Source of the DNA: an uncultured candidatus Porisulfidus sp. | GTDB taxonomy: Bacteria; Pseudomonadota; Gammaproteobacteria; Poriferisulfidales; Oxydemutatoraceae | Direction of reading: 5' to 3' | DNA: 64,000 nucleotides | Assembly (NCBI GenBank): GCA_965215125.1 | Contig: OZ244052.1 | Location: 1,408,001-1,472,000, forward strand | Part shown: one piece after another, positions 21,631 to 31,638 of the stretch | Numbering within the stretch: the first letter of the stretch is position 1 | Layout: every line of letters starts with the position of its first letter | Made by a program: the position numbers and the translations under genes | Notes under the pieces: generated by a model | What the model saw: only the letters and a program-made list of their open reading frames with translations | Database searches by the model: none | Told to the model about the DNA's origin: nothing

Positions 21631-21905
21631 CAGCGTGTCTCCTCCGACTTCCTAGGCACTGCATCTACCTAAGCGTTTATCTTATATCAAATAAGCCGGG
21701 GTTTAATATATCTGTCTGCCCTTAAGTATCGTCCTGCACAGTCGTAACCGCTTGCGCCGTATGGTTTTGGTTTCCATAAATTAACTGATGTACGATTTTA
21801 TTTGTGCAAACGCAGCGCGTTTGAGTTCTGCATAATGTCACGCCGATTGACCTACTGGTTCAATCGGCGGCTCCATCTTGCCCCTACAGGCATCAATCAG
21901 CAATA

Positions 21906-22856
21906 CTACTCGGTGGTTCCGTTCTTTAGCTGTTTAATCTCGTCAGCAGATAAACCCGTGACTTCGGAAATCAACGAAACCTTCAGGCCTTTTTGCAACA
22001 TATTCAAAGCAATTTCGTGATCTCTTTTTACTTTACCTTCAGCCAACCCTTCAGCCTTGACTTCTTCCATGATCTCTTGCTTTCTCACATGGCGTTCCCA
22101 CTCTTGTCTTTCTAACAATATAGCGTTCCAATACTCCCTATTCTCTTTTGATACTTTCTCTAAATGTTTTAATGCCATCTTCGTCTCTCCATCTTGCGAT
22201 AAATGCTTTACTTGCTCAGCCGTCAATTCCGCCGAGTGCTTGATAATATAGCACCACCTATCCGTCATATCAACCAACTCAAAGTGGCTTTTATTGAACT
22301 TGTTCAATTCCACTATCACCAACCCAAAATCCTTAGTCAATTCCTTATGCCGATGCTTACGCAGAGTGATTGTGGTCTCGTTTATATAGTCCTCTTCATC
22401 AAACACCGTGAACCGGGTAAACACCAGTAAGTAGCTCGGATCAATCTGATCAAACTTTTGCCCACGCTTCATACCATAAGAGTGCAACTGCACCCAATAA
22501 GCCAACATTCTACTAAAGAGGTCCTTTTGAGAATAGCCTTGCATCTCTATGTCGATATTCTCACCGCTATTTAATTTGACATGGAGGTCTAGCACTACTT
22601 GTTTGCCACCCGGTGTGTTCGGTGGGATAGAGCTATCCTGCAGATGTAGCTTATCGCCCGATTGGCTTTGTTGATTTGCGGTTTTGGATACAAGGTTGAA
22701 TATGCCGGGATTGAATGTCATCATATCCGGCGCATTATCGGGGGTCGGCAGGAAGCTCTTAATCAACGAGGACAATACTTGCTTATTGCTTGAGAAGTAT
22801 CGCTTAAAGGAAATATCTTTTGTCAAGTCTAAGTATCCGAGATGTTTTTCATCCAT
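21906..22856 (-). CDS. Rpn family PD-(D/E)XK nuclease/putative transposase, copy 1
   Basis: DISFKRYF, LDLHVKL...IDIEMQ, ELNKF, EG..EG tail, IALNML...ISEVTGLS. Confidence 0.88.
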   Translation of the reverse strand: MDEKHLGYLDLTKDISFKRYFSSNKQVLSSLIKSFLPTPDNAPDMMTFNPGIFNLVSKTANQQSQSGDKLHLQDSSIPPNTPGGKQVVLDLHVKLNSGENIDIEMQGYSQKDLFSRMLAYWVQLHSYGMKRGQKFDQIDPSYLLVFTRFTVFDEEDYINETTITLRKHRHKELTKDFGLVIVELNKFNKSHFELVDMTDRWCYIIKHSAELTAEQVKHLSQDGETKMALKHLEKVSKENREYWNAILLERQEWERHVRKQEIMEEVKAEGLAEGKVKRDHEIALNMLQKGLKVSLISEVTGLSADEIKQLKNGTTE

Positions 22857-23347
22857 AGTAAATCTTCTATAAATTGGGTGTAAAACATCTACCCTAAACT
22901 CGGTATTGAGTAGGGTGGGAAAAAAATGGATGAATGGTAGTAAATACAGGTTGAACGGTATATTAGAGGGTGATATTTCCTTGCGAAGGAGAGGAATATC
23001 CACCCTAAAGGTGCCTTAAGAATACTTTTTCAACAGCCCACGAAGTGTCTGCACTGATCAATTCCCCTCCTGTGGAGAGGTGGTCGCAAAAGTGTTTGCA
23101 CGATTATAGTGTTGGTCCATTCCTCTCCTTCGGAGGGGTGGCCTATGCATTTTGCAATGTATGCGTTTAGCAATCATGTTCAGGTTCTGCATAATGTCAC
23201 GCCGATTGACCTACTGGATCAATCGGCGGTTCTGTTCAGCCTGACGGGGTGGTCGCCGAAGTGGGACTGTTGAAAATAGAAAGGTCGATTGACTTACTGG
23301 TTCAATCGGCGGCTCCATCCTGCCCCTACAGGCATCAATCAGCAATA

Positions 23348-24310
23348 CTACTCGGTGGTTCCGTTCTTTAGCTGTTTAATCTCGTCAGCAGATAAACCCG
23401 TGACTTCGGAAATCAACGAAACCTTCAGGCCTTTTTGTAACATGTTCAAAGCAATTTCGTGATCTCTTTTTACTTTACCTTCAGCCAACCCTTCAGCCAA
23501 CCCTTCTGCCTTGACTTCTTCCATGATCTCTTGCTTTCTCACATGGCGTTCCCACTCTCGTCTCTCTATGGATATAGCGTTCCAGGCATCTATATCCTCT
23601 TTTGATATTTCCTCTAAATGTTTTAATGCCATCTTCGTCTCTCCGTCTTGTGATAAATGCTTTACTTGCTCAGCCGTCAATTCCGCCGAGTGCTTGATAA
23701 TATAGCACCACCTATCCGTCATATCAACTAACTCAAGGTGGCTCTTGTTGAACTTGTTCAATTCCACTATCACCAACCCAAAATCCTTAGTCAATTCCTT
23801 ATGCCGATGCTTACGCAGAGTGATTGTGGTCTCGTTTATATAGTCCTCTTCATCAAACACCATGAACCGAGTAAACACCAGTAAGTAGCTCGGATTAATC
23901 TGACTAAACTTTTGTCCACGCTTCATACCATAAGAGTGCAACTGCACCCAATAAGCCAACATTCTACTAAAGAAGTCTTTTTGTGAATAGCCTTGCATCT
24001 CTATGTCGATATTCTCACCACTATGTAACTTGACATGGAGGTCTAGCACAACCTGTTTGCCACCCGGTGTGTTCGGTGGGATAGAACTATCCTGCAGATG
24101 TAGCATATCGCCCGATTGGTTTTGTTGATTTGCGGTTTCGGATGCAGGGTTGAGTATGCCGGGGTTGAGTATCATCATATCCGGCGCATTATCGGGGGTC
24201 GGCAGAAAGCTCTTAATCAATGAGAACAGTACCTGCTTATTGATCGAGAAGTATCGCTTAAAGGAAATATTTTTTGTCAAGTCTAAGTATCCGAGATGTT
24301 TTTCATTCAT
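23348..24310 (-). CDS. Rpn family nuclease, copy 2
   Basis: Near-identical to copy 1; NISFKRYF, IDIEMQ. Confidence 0.88.
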   Translation of the reverse strand: MNEKHLGYLDLTKNISFKRYFSINKQVLFSLIKSFLPTPDNAPDMMILNPGILNPASETANQQNQSGDMLHLQDSSIPPNTPGGKQVVLDLHVKLHSGENIDIEMQGYSQKDFFSRMLAYWVQLHSYGMKRGQKFSQINPSYLLVFTRFMVFDEEDYINETTITLRKHRHKELTKDFGLVIVELNKFNKSHLELVDMTDRWCYIIKHSAELTAEQVKHLSQDGETKMALKHLEEISKEDIDAWNAISIERREWERHVRKQEIMEEVKAEGLAEGLAEGKVKRDHEIALNMLQKGLKVSLISEVTGLSADEIKQLKNGTTE

Positions 24311-24660
24311 AGTAAATCTCCTATAAATTGGGTGTAAAACATCTACCCTAAACCCGGTATTGAGTAGGAGGAGAGACAAATGGATGAACGGTAGTAAATA
24401 CAGGTTGAACGGTATATTAGAAGGTGATATTCCCTCGCGAAGGGGGGGAATATCCACCCTAAAGGTGTCTTGAGAATACTTTTTCAACAGCCCACGAAGT
24501 GTCTGCACTGATCAATTCCCCTCCTTCGGAGGGGTGGCCTATGCATTTTGCAATGCATGCGTTTAGCAGTCATGTTGAGATTCTGAACAAAGTCACGCCG
24601 ATTGACCTACTGGTTCAATCGGCGGCTCCATCCTGCCCCTACAGGCATCAATCAGCAATA

Positions 24661-25635
24661 CTACTCGGTGATTCCGTTCTTTAGCTCTTTAATCTCGTCA
24701 GCAGATAAACCTGTCAATTTTGAAATCTCAGAAACCTCATAATTCTCTTGCAACATATTCAAAGCAATTTCGTGATCTCTTTTTACTTTACCTTCAGCCA
24801 ACCCTTCAGCCAACCCTTCAGCCAACCCTTCTGCCTTGACTTCTTCCATGATCTCTTGCTTTCTCACATGGCGTTCCCACTCTCGTCTCTCTATGGATAT
24901 AGCGTTCCAGCAATCTATATCCTCTTTTGATATCTCCTCTAAATGTTTTAATGCCATCTTCGTCTCTCCGTCTTGTGATAAATGCTTTACTTGCTCAGCC
25001 GTCAATTCCGCCGAGTGCTTGATAATATAGCACCACCTATCCGTCATATCAACCAACTCAAGGTGGCTCTTGTTGAACTTGTTCAATTCTACTATCACCA
25101 ATCCAAAATCCTTAGTCAATTCTTTATGCCGATGCTTACGCAGAGTGATTGTGGTCTCGTTTATATAGTCCTCTTCATCAAACACCATGAACCGAGTAAA
25201 CACCAGTAAGTAGCTCGGATTAATCTGACTAAACTTTTGCCCACGCTTCATACCATAAGAGTGCAACTGCACCCAATAAGCCAACATTCTACTAAAGAAG
25301 TCCTTTTGAGAATAGCCTTGCATCTCTATGTCGATATTCTCACCGCTATTTAATTTGACATGGAGGTCTAGCACAACCTGTTTGCCACCCGGTGTGTTCG
25401 GTGGGATAGAACTATCCTGCAGATGTAGCATATCGCCCGATTGGTTTTGTTGATTTGCGGTTTCGGATGCAGGGTTGAATATGCCGGGGTTGAGTATCAT
25501 CATATCCGGCGCATTATCGGGGGTCGGCAGAAAGCTCTTAATCAATGAGAACAGTACCTGCTTATTGATCGAGAAGTATCGCTTAAAGGAAATATCTTTT
25601 GTCAAGTCTAAGTATCCGAGATGTTTTTCATTCAT
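24661..25635 (-). CDS. Rpn family nuclease, copy 3
   Basis: Near-identical to copy 2, with a different C-terminal HTH-like segment (ENYEVSEISKLTGLS). Confidence 0.88.
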   Translation of the reverse strand: MNEKHLGYLDLTKDISFKRYFSINKQVLFSLIKSFLPTPDNAPDMMILNPGIFNPASETANQQNQSGDMLHLQDSSIPPNTPGGKQVVLDLHVKLNSGENIDIEMQGYSQKDFFSRMLAYWVQLHSYGMKRGQKFSQINPSYLLVFTRFMVFDEEDYINETTITLRKHRHKELTKDFGLVIVELNKFNKSHLELVDMTDRWCYIIKHSAELTAEQVKHLSQDGETKMALKHLEEISKEDIDCWNAISIERREWERHVRKQEIMEEVKAEGLAEGLAEGLAEGKVKRDHEIALNMLQENYEVSEISKLTGLSADEIKELKNGITE

Positions 25636-26049
25636 AGTCAATCTCCTATAAATTGGGTGTAAAACATCTACCCTAAACCCGGTATTGAGTAGGGGGAGAG
25701 ACAAATGGATGAACGGTAGTAAATACATGTTGAACGGTATATTAGAAGGTGATATTCCCTCGCGAAGGAGGGGAATATCCACCCTAAAGGTGTCTTGAGA
25801 ATACTTTTTCAACAGCCCCCGAAGTGTCTGCACTGATCAATTCCCCTCCTTCGGAGGGGTGGCCTATGCATTTTGCAATGCATGCGTTTAGCAGTCATGT
25901 TGAGGTTCTGAACAAAGTCACGCCGATTGACTTACTGGCTCAATCGGCGGCTCTATTCAGCCTGACGGAGTGGTTGTTGCGTGGGACTGTTGAAAAAACA
26001 TCCACGAATCGTAGGGACAGGTACATTCCCCTCCTGTGGAGGGGTGGCA

Positions 26050-27858
26050 CCCTAATTCCGCAATAGACCACCTGCAAAAGTCCGTAATCTCTTATGTTGC
26101 AACACTCTCATGCATATTCCCAATTCACCCATTAGGTGAAACATAATTATTACTAATTTTTTACATAAAACTCTGTACAACGCCTTATTTTTTTGTTACT
26201 ATTTACCAATTAATAACTTCGGAGGTATTATGTCAAAACAAAAAAATCAGCACAATCAATCATCGTATACGCTAGCTACCACCCACCAGAAATTGACCTC
26301 TCGTTGTGGTTTGTTGGCATTGATTAAAGTGCTCAAAGCACTACAACTTAAGCCACAAGCAGACACTGTGTTTGCGGCACCGGGTAGCAATCGTGGCTAC
26401 CGCAATGGCGACATTCTAACGAGCTTCATCTTGATGCTCAACGAGGGTGCGAGATGCCTTGAGGATGTCTGCCATTTACACACCGAAAGGGTGTTGCTTA
26501 AGCTGGGAGGTATTAACAAGATACCGGGAGCAGACACTTTGGCGAGGTGGTTGAAACGCCATGGTCAAGCCGGTGCCGGTTTAGTTCACCAGCTCAATCG
26601 CACGGTGATTGCCAAGACCCTGAAGTTGTGGAAAGTAAAGCATGTGACTTTGGATATTGATGCGACTACTATTTTGACCGAGAAAGTCGGTGCTAAATGG
26701 ACGCGTTTTAAGGAGCGTGGTTTCATGCTAATGGTCGGCACGCTAGCTGAAGTGGGTCAAGTCATCGCCGTTGAGTTGCGCCACGGCAATGTCTCCCCGA
26801 ACTTTGATAATATCGGTTTCATCAAGACCTGCCAAGCACAGTTGCCGAGTGGCGTAATACTCAAGCGGGTGCGTATCGACTCGGCAGGGTATCAACAAGC
26901 AATCATTGAATATCTAGTAGCTCAAGGAATAGAGTTTGTTATTCGTGCGCCGATGTACCCGTCAATAGCGCAAGCGATTGCTGGTCTGTCGGAAGCAGAC
27001 TGGCGACCATTGCGATTAAGCGACGGCAGTTTATCACCCCACGACTATGTGGCTCGCTGCACTTATCAGATGTATCGCAGCAACCTCGTATTTACGCTAG
27101 TCATTCAACGCCGCCTCAAGAGCGAAGCCGCCCGACAGTCTAACCAACCGGAGTTGTCGGGACTGTCTGAACAGCTGCGCTATCAACCCGACAAGTATGA
27201 CTATCGTGTGATTGCGACTAACATCAACGGGCTAGACGATGCACAGATTGTACATGAGTATAATCAACGCGGTGAGCATTCCGAAAACCGCATTAAAGAA
27301 CTCAAATCGGATTTTGTTGCCGGTCGTTTGCCGTGTAGTGATTTTGCTGCCAATGCTCTGTATGTTTGTGTGTGTGCTTTAGCCTACAATGTGTTCGCAC
27401 TGATGCGTGCCGGCTTAGCTAAACAGTTTCGTTCCTCTAGAGCCCCGACGCTCAGGGTCCGCCTGTTTGGTTTAGCGGCGAAGATTGTACGACAGGGTCG
27501 GCAATGGAAGCTCAAACTACACGAAGTGCATCGTAGTTTATTGAGTGGAGTTTTCTCAGACCTTGATGAGACTATCGGCAAGCTATTGCCGGATATGCGA
27601 TACCCCTTGCTACATTAACTAGCCACCTTATCTCTTCATTACTCATAAGGCATCAATCAAAGTAGATGCCATGCCCCAGCATACCCTAATACTAGAGATT
27701 AGAGTACTTTGATGCTTCATTTAGCTCTCAATAGGAGTTTATCTCCCGTCACCGAGCAATGATGTGGCATTCAGTTTCGGGTTCAGGCGATTGCCCTGAT
27801 AATTTAGCAGTAAATTATCCATCACATGCAATTTTCATGCTCTATTGAGAAATTAGGG
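26050..27858 (+). mobile_element. IS1380-family element (transposase 26230-27618)
   Basis: IRs CCCTAATTCCGCAATAGA / revcomp CCCTAATTTCTCAATAGA; TGGCA duplication at 26045-26049 and 27859-27863; LDIDAT, RIDSAG, YNQRG.SENRIKELK. Confidence 0.92.
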
Positions 27859-27930
27859 TGGCAGGCGCAGCCTGACGGGGTGGTTGTGTTGTATCTGTAC
27901 TATTTATTCATTTATCCAATTTAGTCGCCG

Positions 27931-28713
27931 CTACCCATTAATCTTTTCGTCAAAGAAATCCTTAATCCTTTCTTTATTCGCTGCCAAACTAGAAAACTGC
28001 CGGCCGCAAACATCCGTTAAACGAGCCAAAACTTTGCGGTTGATGGTTTCTTGATCCTCAAAAATTGCCATGCTAGAACAATCAAGGTTCCATTTTTCGT
28101 GTTGCAGAATAGTAATCGTTGTATCACGGCATTTGTCGTCGTTGCCTATGGCATATATGTGCAGAGGGTGAGACATGCCGTTGACCCTGCAATCTACTTT
28201 ATATTTTCCTTGAGGATCCTTTGCTTCCTCCTTATAATCAAATTGGGCTCTTTCTTTGGCAACCGATTCACTAATAAAAGATTTGAAATCCTCCATAAAT
28301 GTAGACCTCACTATCTCTCGGCTGAGATAAGAAACATCGATAATACTCATCAGACACTGAATGAAATTGTAGAGGGTGTTCCCTGCATTGGAAATTTCAT
28401 CAATCGTAGCAATAAGTTCCCCTTCTATTTCTTTAACACCATATTTTTCCAAAGAGTTTTCTATAATTTCATTACGGTTTCCGCTATCTAGAGAAGACAA
28501 GTCCATATAGTAGCTCATGTGCATATAGGTATGTCCCTCGTCCGTTATAATCCAGCTACCTGATTCATTTGTCTTTAATATAACAACAAAGTGATCTCCG
28601 TCGTCAAAATGAAAAGGGGTAGCTATTTGATAGTTGTTATCCCCATGTGGAAAAAGTTCAACCGACTCGGCGACGGATTCCTTGAAAGATTTCTGTATTG
28701 ATTCCGTATTCAT
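27931..28713 (-). CDS. DUF1828 (+DUF1829-like) domain protein
   Basis: I.TPF.FDDGD, ITDEGHT, RSTFMEDF. Confidence 0.75.
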   Translation of the reverse strand: MNTESIQKSFKESVAESVELFPHGDNNYQIATPFHFDDGDHFVVILKTNESGSWIITDEGHTYMHMSYYMDLSSLDSGNRNEIIENSLEKYGVKEIEGELIATIDEISNAGNTLYNFIQCLMSIIDVSYLSREIVRSTFMEDFKSFISESVAKERAQFDYKEEAKDPQGKYKVDCRVNGMSHPLHIYAIGNDDKCRDTTITILQHEKWNLDCSSMAIFEDQETINRKVLARLTDVCGRQFSSLAANKERIKDFFDEKING

Positions 28714-28802
28714 TAGAACATCTCCTGTTGTTCTTCAATTTCCCCCTCTATTTTACAATCTTCAAAAAGGCATTCAAAGCCCCCCTTAAGGGTGTTTCGC
28801 CA

Positions 28803-29774
28803 TTATGGTTCATCCGATGTTTTGCCTTTGTACGCCGATTTTCTATCGGCGAGCATTTGACATATTAGTTCTTTAGACACTGCTGCTTTATCTTCTAAAA
28901 TAGTTTCCTTCACGGCATCGTAGCAGGCTTGCACAATTTCGGCATGGCTTAGGTCTTTGGTTTGAGAAACAAGCTCTTCTACCTTCAAGCCACCTAAAAA
29001 TGAGGCGAGTCTATTTTTGATTAACTTCTCCGTCTCTTGTTCGGAGGGAAGGTCGTAATACAGGATGTCGTCAAACCTACGGAATAGTGCTTGGTCCAAC
29101 AAACCCATATTGTTTGTAGCGGCAATAATGATGCTTTCGGAGTCGTCGTTTTCTATGAATTGCAAAAACGCATTCAGCACCCGCCGCATTTCGCCTACAT
29201 CATTATCCCGTCCCCTCTCGGCACCAATGGCATCAAATTCATCAAAGAGAAAAACCCCTATGGATTCACCGATGACATCAAAGACCTGCCTTAACTTGGC
29301 ACTGGTCTCCCCCATATATTTGGTCACGACCTTATCCATTTGGATACTATGGAGCGGTAAATCAAGCTCCCCGGCAATCACGGAAGCGGTCATCGTTTTT
29401 CCTGTCCCGGGAGGGCCTGCCAATAAAATCTTCCTTCTGTTAGTCATGCCGTGTCTTAGTAATTTATGCTTCTGATAATATTCTCTAAGCACTTTATCTA
29501 TTCTTTTCCTAAGATCAGGTTTTAAGACAATGTCCGCCAACCGATTACTAGGTTGCGACGATATAACAAAATCTCCCAAGTCTTTGTGCAGACTAATGAC
29601 CTTGAGGTTCGGGCTTCTTTGTTTGTCTATAATGTTGCGAATATCTCGGGCAAGGTTGGTGTGTCCCTTGTGCGCCTCGGAAGCCGCAACCTGCAAAGCG
29701 ATAGTCAAGAACTGCTCGTCCTCATTCAGTAGGTGGGACTTTATTAAAGATTTAATTTGATTTGCCGTTGCCAT
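28803..29774 (-). CDS. AAA+ ATPase of the IetA type (normally paired with an S8 peptidase)
   Basis: MATANQIKSL...ALQVAASEA..GH, GPPGTGKT, FDEFDAIG..R...NDVGEMRRVLN, LFRRFD. Confidence 0.82.
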   Translation of the reverse strand: MATANQIKSLIKSHLLNEDEQFLTIALQVAASEAHKGHTNLARDIRNIIDKQRSPNLKVISLHKDLGDFVISSQPSNRLADIVLKPDLRKRIDKVLREYYQKHKLLRHGMTNRRKILLAGPPGTGKTMTASVIAGELDLPLHSIQMDKVVTKYMGETSAKLRQVFDVIGESIGVFLFDEFDAIGAERGRDNDVGEMRRVLNAFLQFIENDDSESIIIAATNNMGLLDQALFRRFDDILYYDLPSEQETEKLIKNRLASFLGGLKVEELVSQTKDLSHAEIVQACYDAVKETILEDKAAVSKELICQMLADRKSAYKGKTSDEP

Positions 29775-29854
29775 TTTATATACCAATAGGGGTTTCTTTT
29801 GAGGGGTATTGTATCAAATCCATAGTGGCAATAAAACCAACCCGTCGTGTATGG

Positions 29855-31384
29855 TTATGATTTTCCGTACTTAATTTTTGATCGTTTTATGTCAATACTT
29901 CTGTCCTGTTTCTTCGCCTCAGCCTTGAGCCACTGTTCCCACTCCTGATAACGCTCTGTCCTTGGTCCGAGTATTACCTCGTTAAACCTAAAATTCTCTG
30001 GAGCTTCCACATAGAAACGCGGCGGGATACTTTCCGCGTCAACCTCAACTTTAGATTCTGAAGTCTCATCCTTTTCACCATAACGCAACTGGATAACACG
30101 GACCTCCTTTTCCTCACTATAATGATTCTCTTTGAATAGAAAGCGAATACTATCCAGTAACTCGCAGACAAGTCGCCGCAATGCACCTTCTGTTTTATTT
30201 TCTTCTTTTTGTAATATATTATTCATAGACTTATTTATGGTTCTGATTATATCCGTTATTTTTTCAAGATCATCTTTTGCTTTATTCTTTTCTTGTACTT
30301 TACTATTTGTAAATTTTTCTTCTTTGAATTGATTTTCTGGTTCTTTAAATTTTTTCTCTAGATCATTTTTGTCTAGAAATTGCCGTACTGTATTCCTTAT
30401 TCTTTCTGCTTTTACATTTTCTATAAATTGCTTTATACTTTCAAGTTGACCTGCTAGTGCTTCTAATTTTTCTTTTAGTGTATCACCTAACTCTTCTCGG
30501 TAGCGTATTTCATATAAAACCAAGTTCTTGTCCATAAAGCCAAGCTCTAATGGGACATACTCCGAAAAGCATTCCTTATTACTAAAAATTAAACAGGCAC
30601 CAGCTGCTTCTTCGTTATTATGCTTTCCATAAGTTCGCCATAAAAACAACTTGTCTTTTTGTTTGTTTCCTTCTTCAAGCTGAACAAAACTACCGATATA
30701 GGCAGGTGAGCGATAAGACTCTTTATCCTTGTAAAACCACTCCGCTATGTCTCCCTCTGTGTCTACCCAATATTCGCTCATTATTTTAAAGAATATTTGC
30801 CCTTCCTCAGGGTCATTCATATAGTCCGTGTTGTAAAGCCGAAAGTGATTTCTTGCATTGGAAAGAGTTTTAAGTACATGAAGAGAGGTGTAATGAGCAA
30901 TTTCAGATTTCTCTTCACAAAAAAGTTCTTGCCGTATTACCCAAACCGTGATGCACGACATGCTATAGATTTCAAAGGCTGTGATTTTTTGATCTGTTTT
31001 CAGATTATCCATCACTGAAATCTGTGATGCGATATAAACAACTGGATCGTAAAATTTATCAGGAGAACCATGTTTTATTGCTGCCTCAAAATTATTAAAC
31101 GCAAGCCTATATTGTTTCCGCCGAAAATAGATCTTACCGAGAAAGCAATACGCATCTGCATATTCAGGATTTAGTTCTACTGCTTTATCAAAATTATCAA
31201 GCGCAAGAGTAAGTTCGTCTTTTATTGTGTAGGCAAAACCTAAATAATAGTGCGCCACCGCTTGATCGTGGGGTTTTTCTTCAAGACCAATGAGTTTAGT
31301 GGCTACTGGAATTAATTCAACCCACTTTTTCTCCTTCCGAAGTTGATTGGCTTTTCCCCTTAGGTTTTTTATTTTTTCATCCAT
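29855..31384 (-). CDS. TPR-repeat protein with DUF2971-like C-terminal domain
   Basis: TPRs (FDKAVELNPEYADAY); HYTS, YMNDPEEG, LWRTYG, FKENHYSEEKEVR, ILGP. Confidence 0.75.
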   Translation of the reverse strand: MDEKIKNLRGKANQLRKEKKWVELIPVATKLIGLEEKPHDQAVAHYYLGFAYTIKDELTLALDNFDKAVELNPEYADAYCFLGKIYFRRKQYRLAFNNFEAAIKHGSPDKFYDPVVYIASQISVMDNLKTDQKITAFEIYSMSCITVWVIRQELFCEEKSEIAHYTSLHVLKTLSNARNHFRLYNTDYMNDPEEGQIFFKIMSEYWVDTEGDIAEWFYKDKESYRSPAYIGSFVQLEEGNKQKDKLFLWRTYGKHNNEEAAGACLIFSNKECFSEYVPLELGFMDKNLVLYEIRYREELGDTLKEKLEALAGQLESIKQFIENVKAERIRNTVRQFLDKNDLEKKFKEPENQFKEEKFTNSKVQEKNKAKDDLEKITDIIRTINKSMNNILQKEENKTEGALRRLVCELLDSIRFLFKENHYSEEKEVRVIQLRYGEKDETSESKVEVDAESIPPRFYVEAPENFRFNEVILGPRTERYQEWEQWLKAEAKKQDRSIDIKRSKIKYGKS

Positions 31385-31638
31385 AATAGAAAATTTGATA
31401 CATTCATTTTCAGGTTATGACAGCTTATACGGTAATTCACAAAATACGATTCCCGTCTCTGTTTATTTCTTTGTGGTTTACAAACTACTTGTATCGCAAG
31501 CAAAAATGGTAAGTTTTTTATTCGTTTCGGAAGCTGCAAGTGACATTAACGACAGGGATTTTGGTAATAAAGAATGATGAGGCAACAAATACAGCAAACC
31601 ATCAACGCCTAAGAATTTTTATATTTAGCATAGTAGGG

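Noticed and set aside
21631-21665. Possible IS end (TGTCTCCTCCGACTTCCTAGGCA) truncating the second IS110
   Set aside because: No partner end or duplication found in the window, so it cannot be supported
24311-24508. Long N-terminal extensions on the Rpn ORFs in the ORF track
   Set aside because: They run through promoter and terminal-repeat DNA; an AGGAG/AGAAG-type RBS precedes the M(D/N)EKHLGY starts
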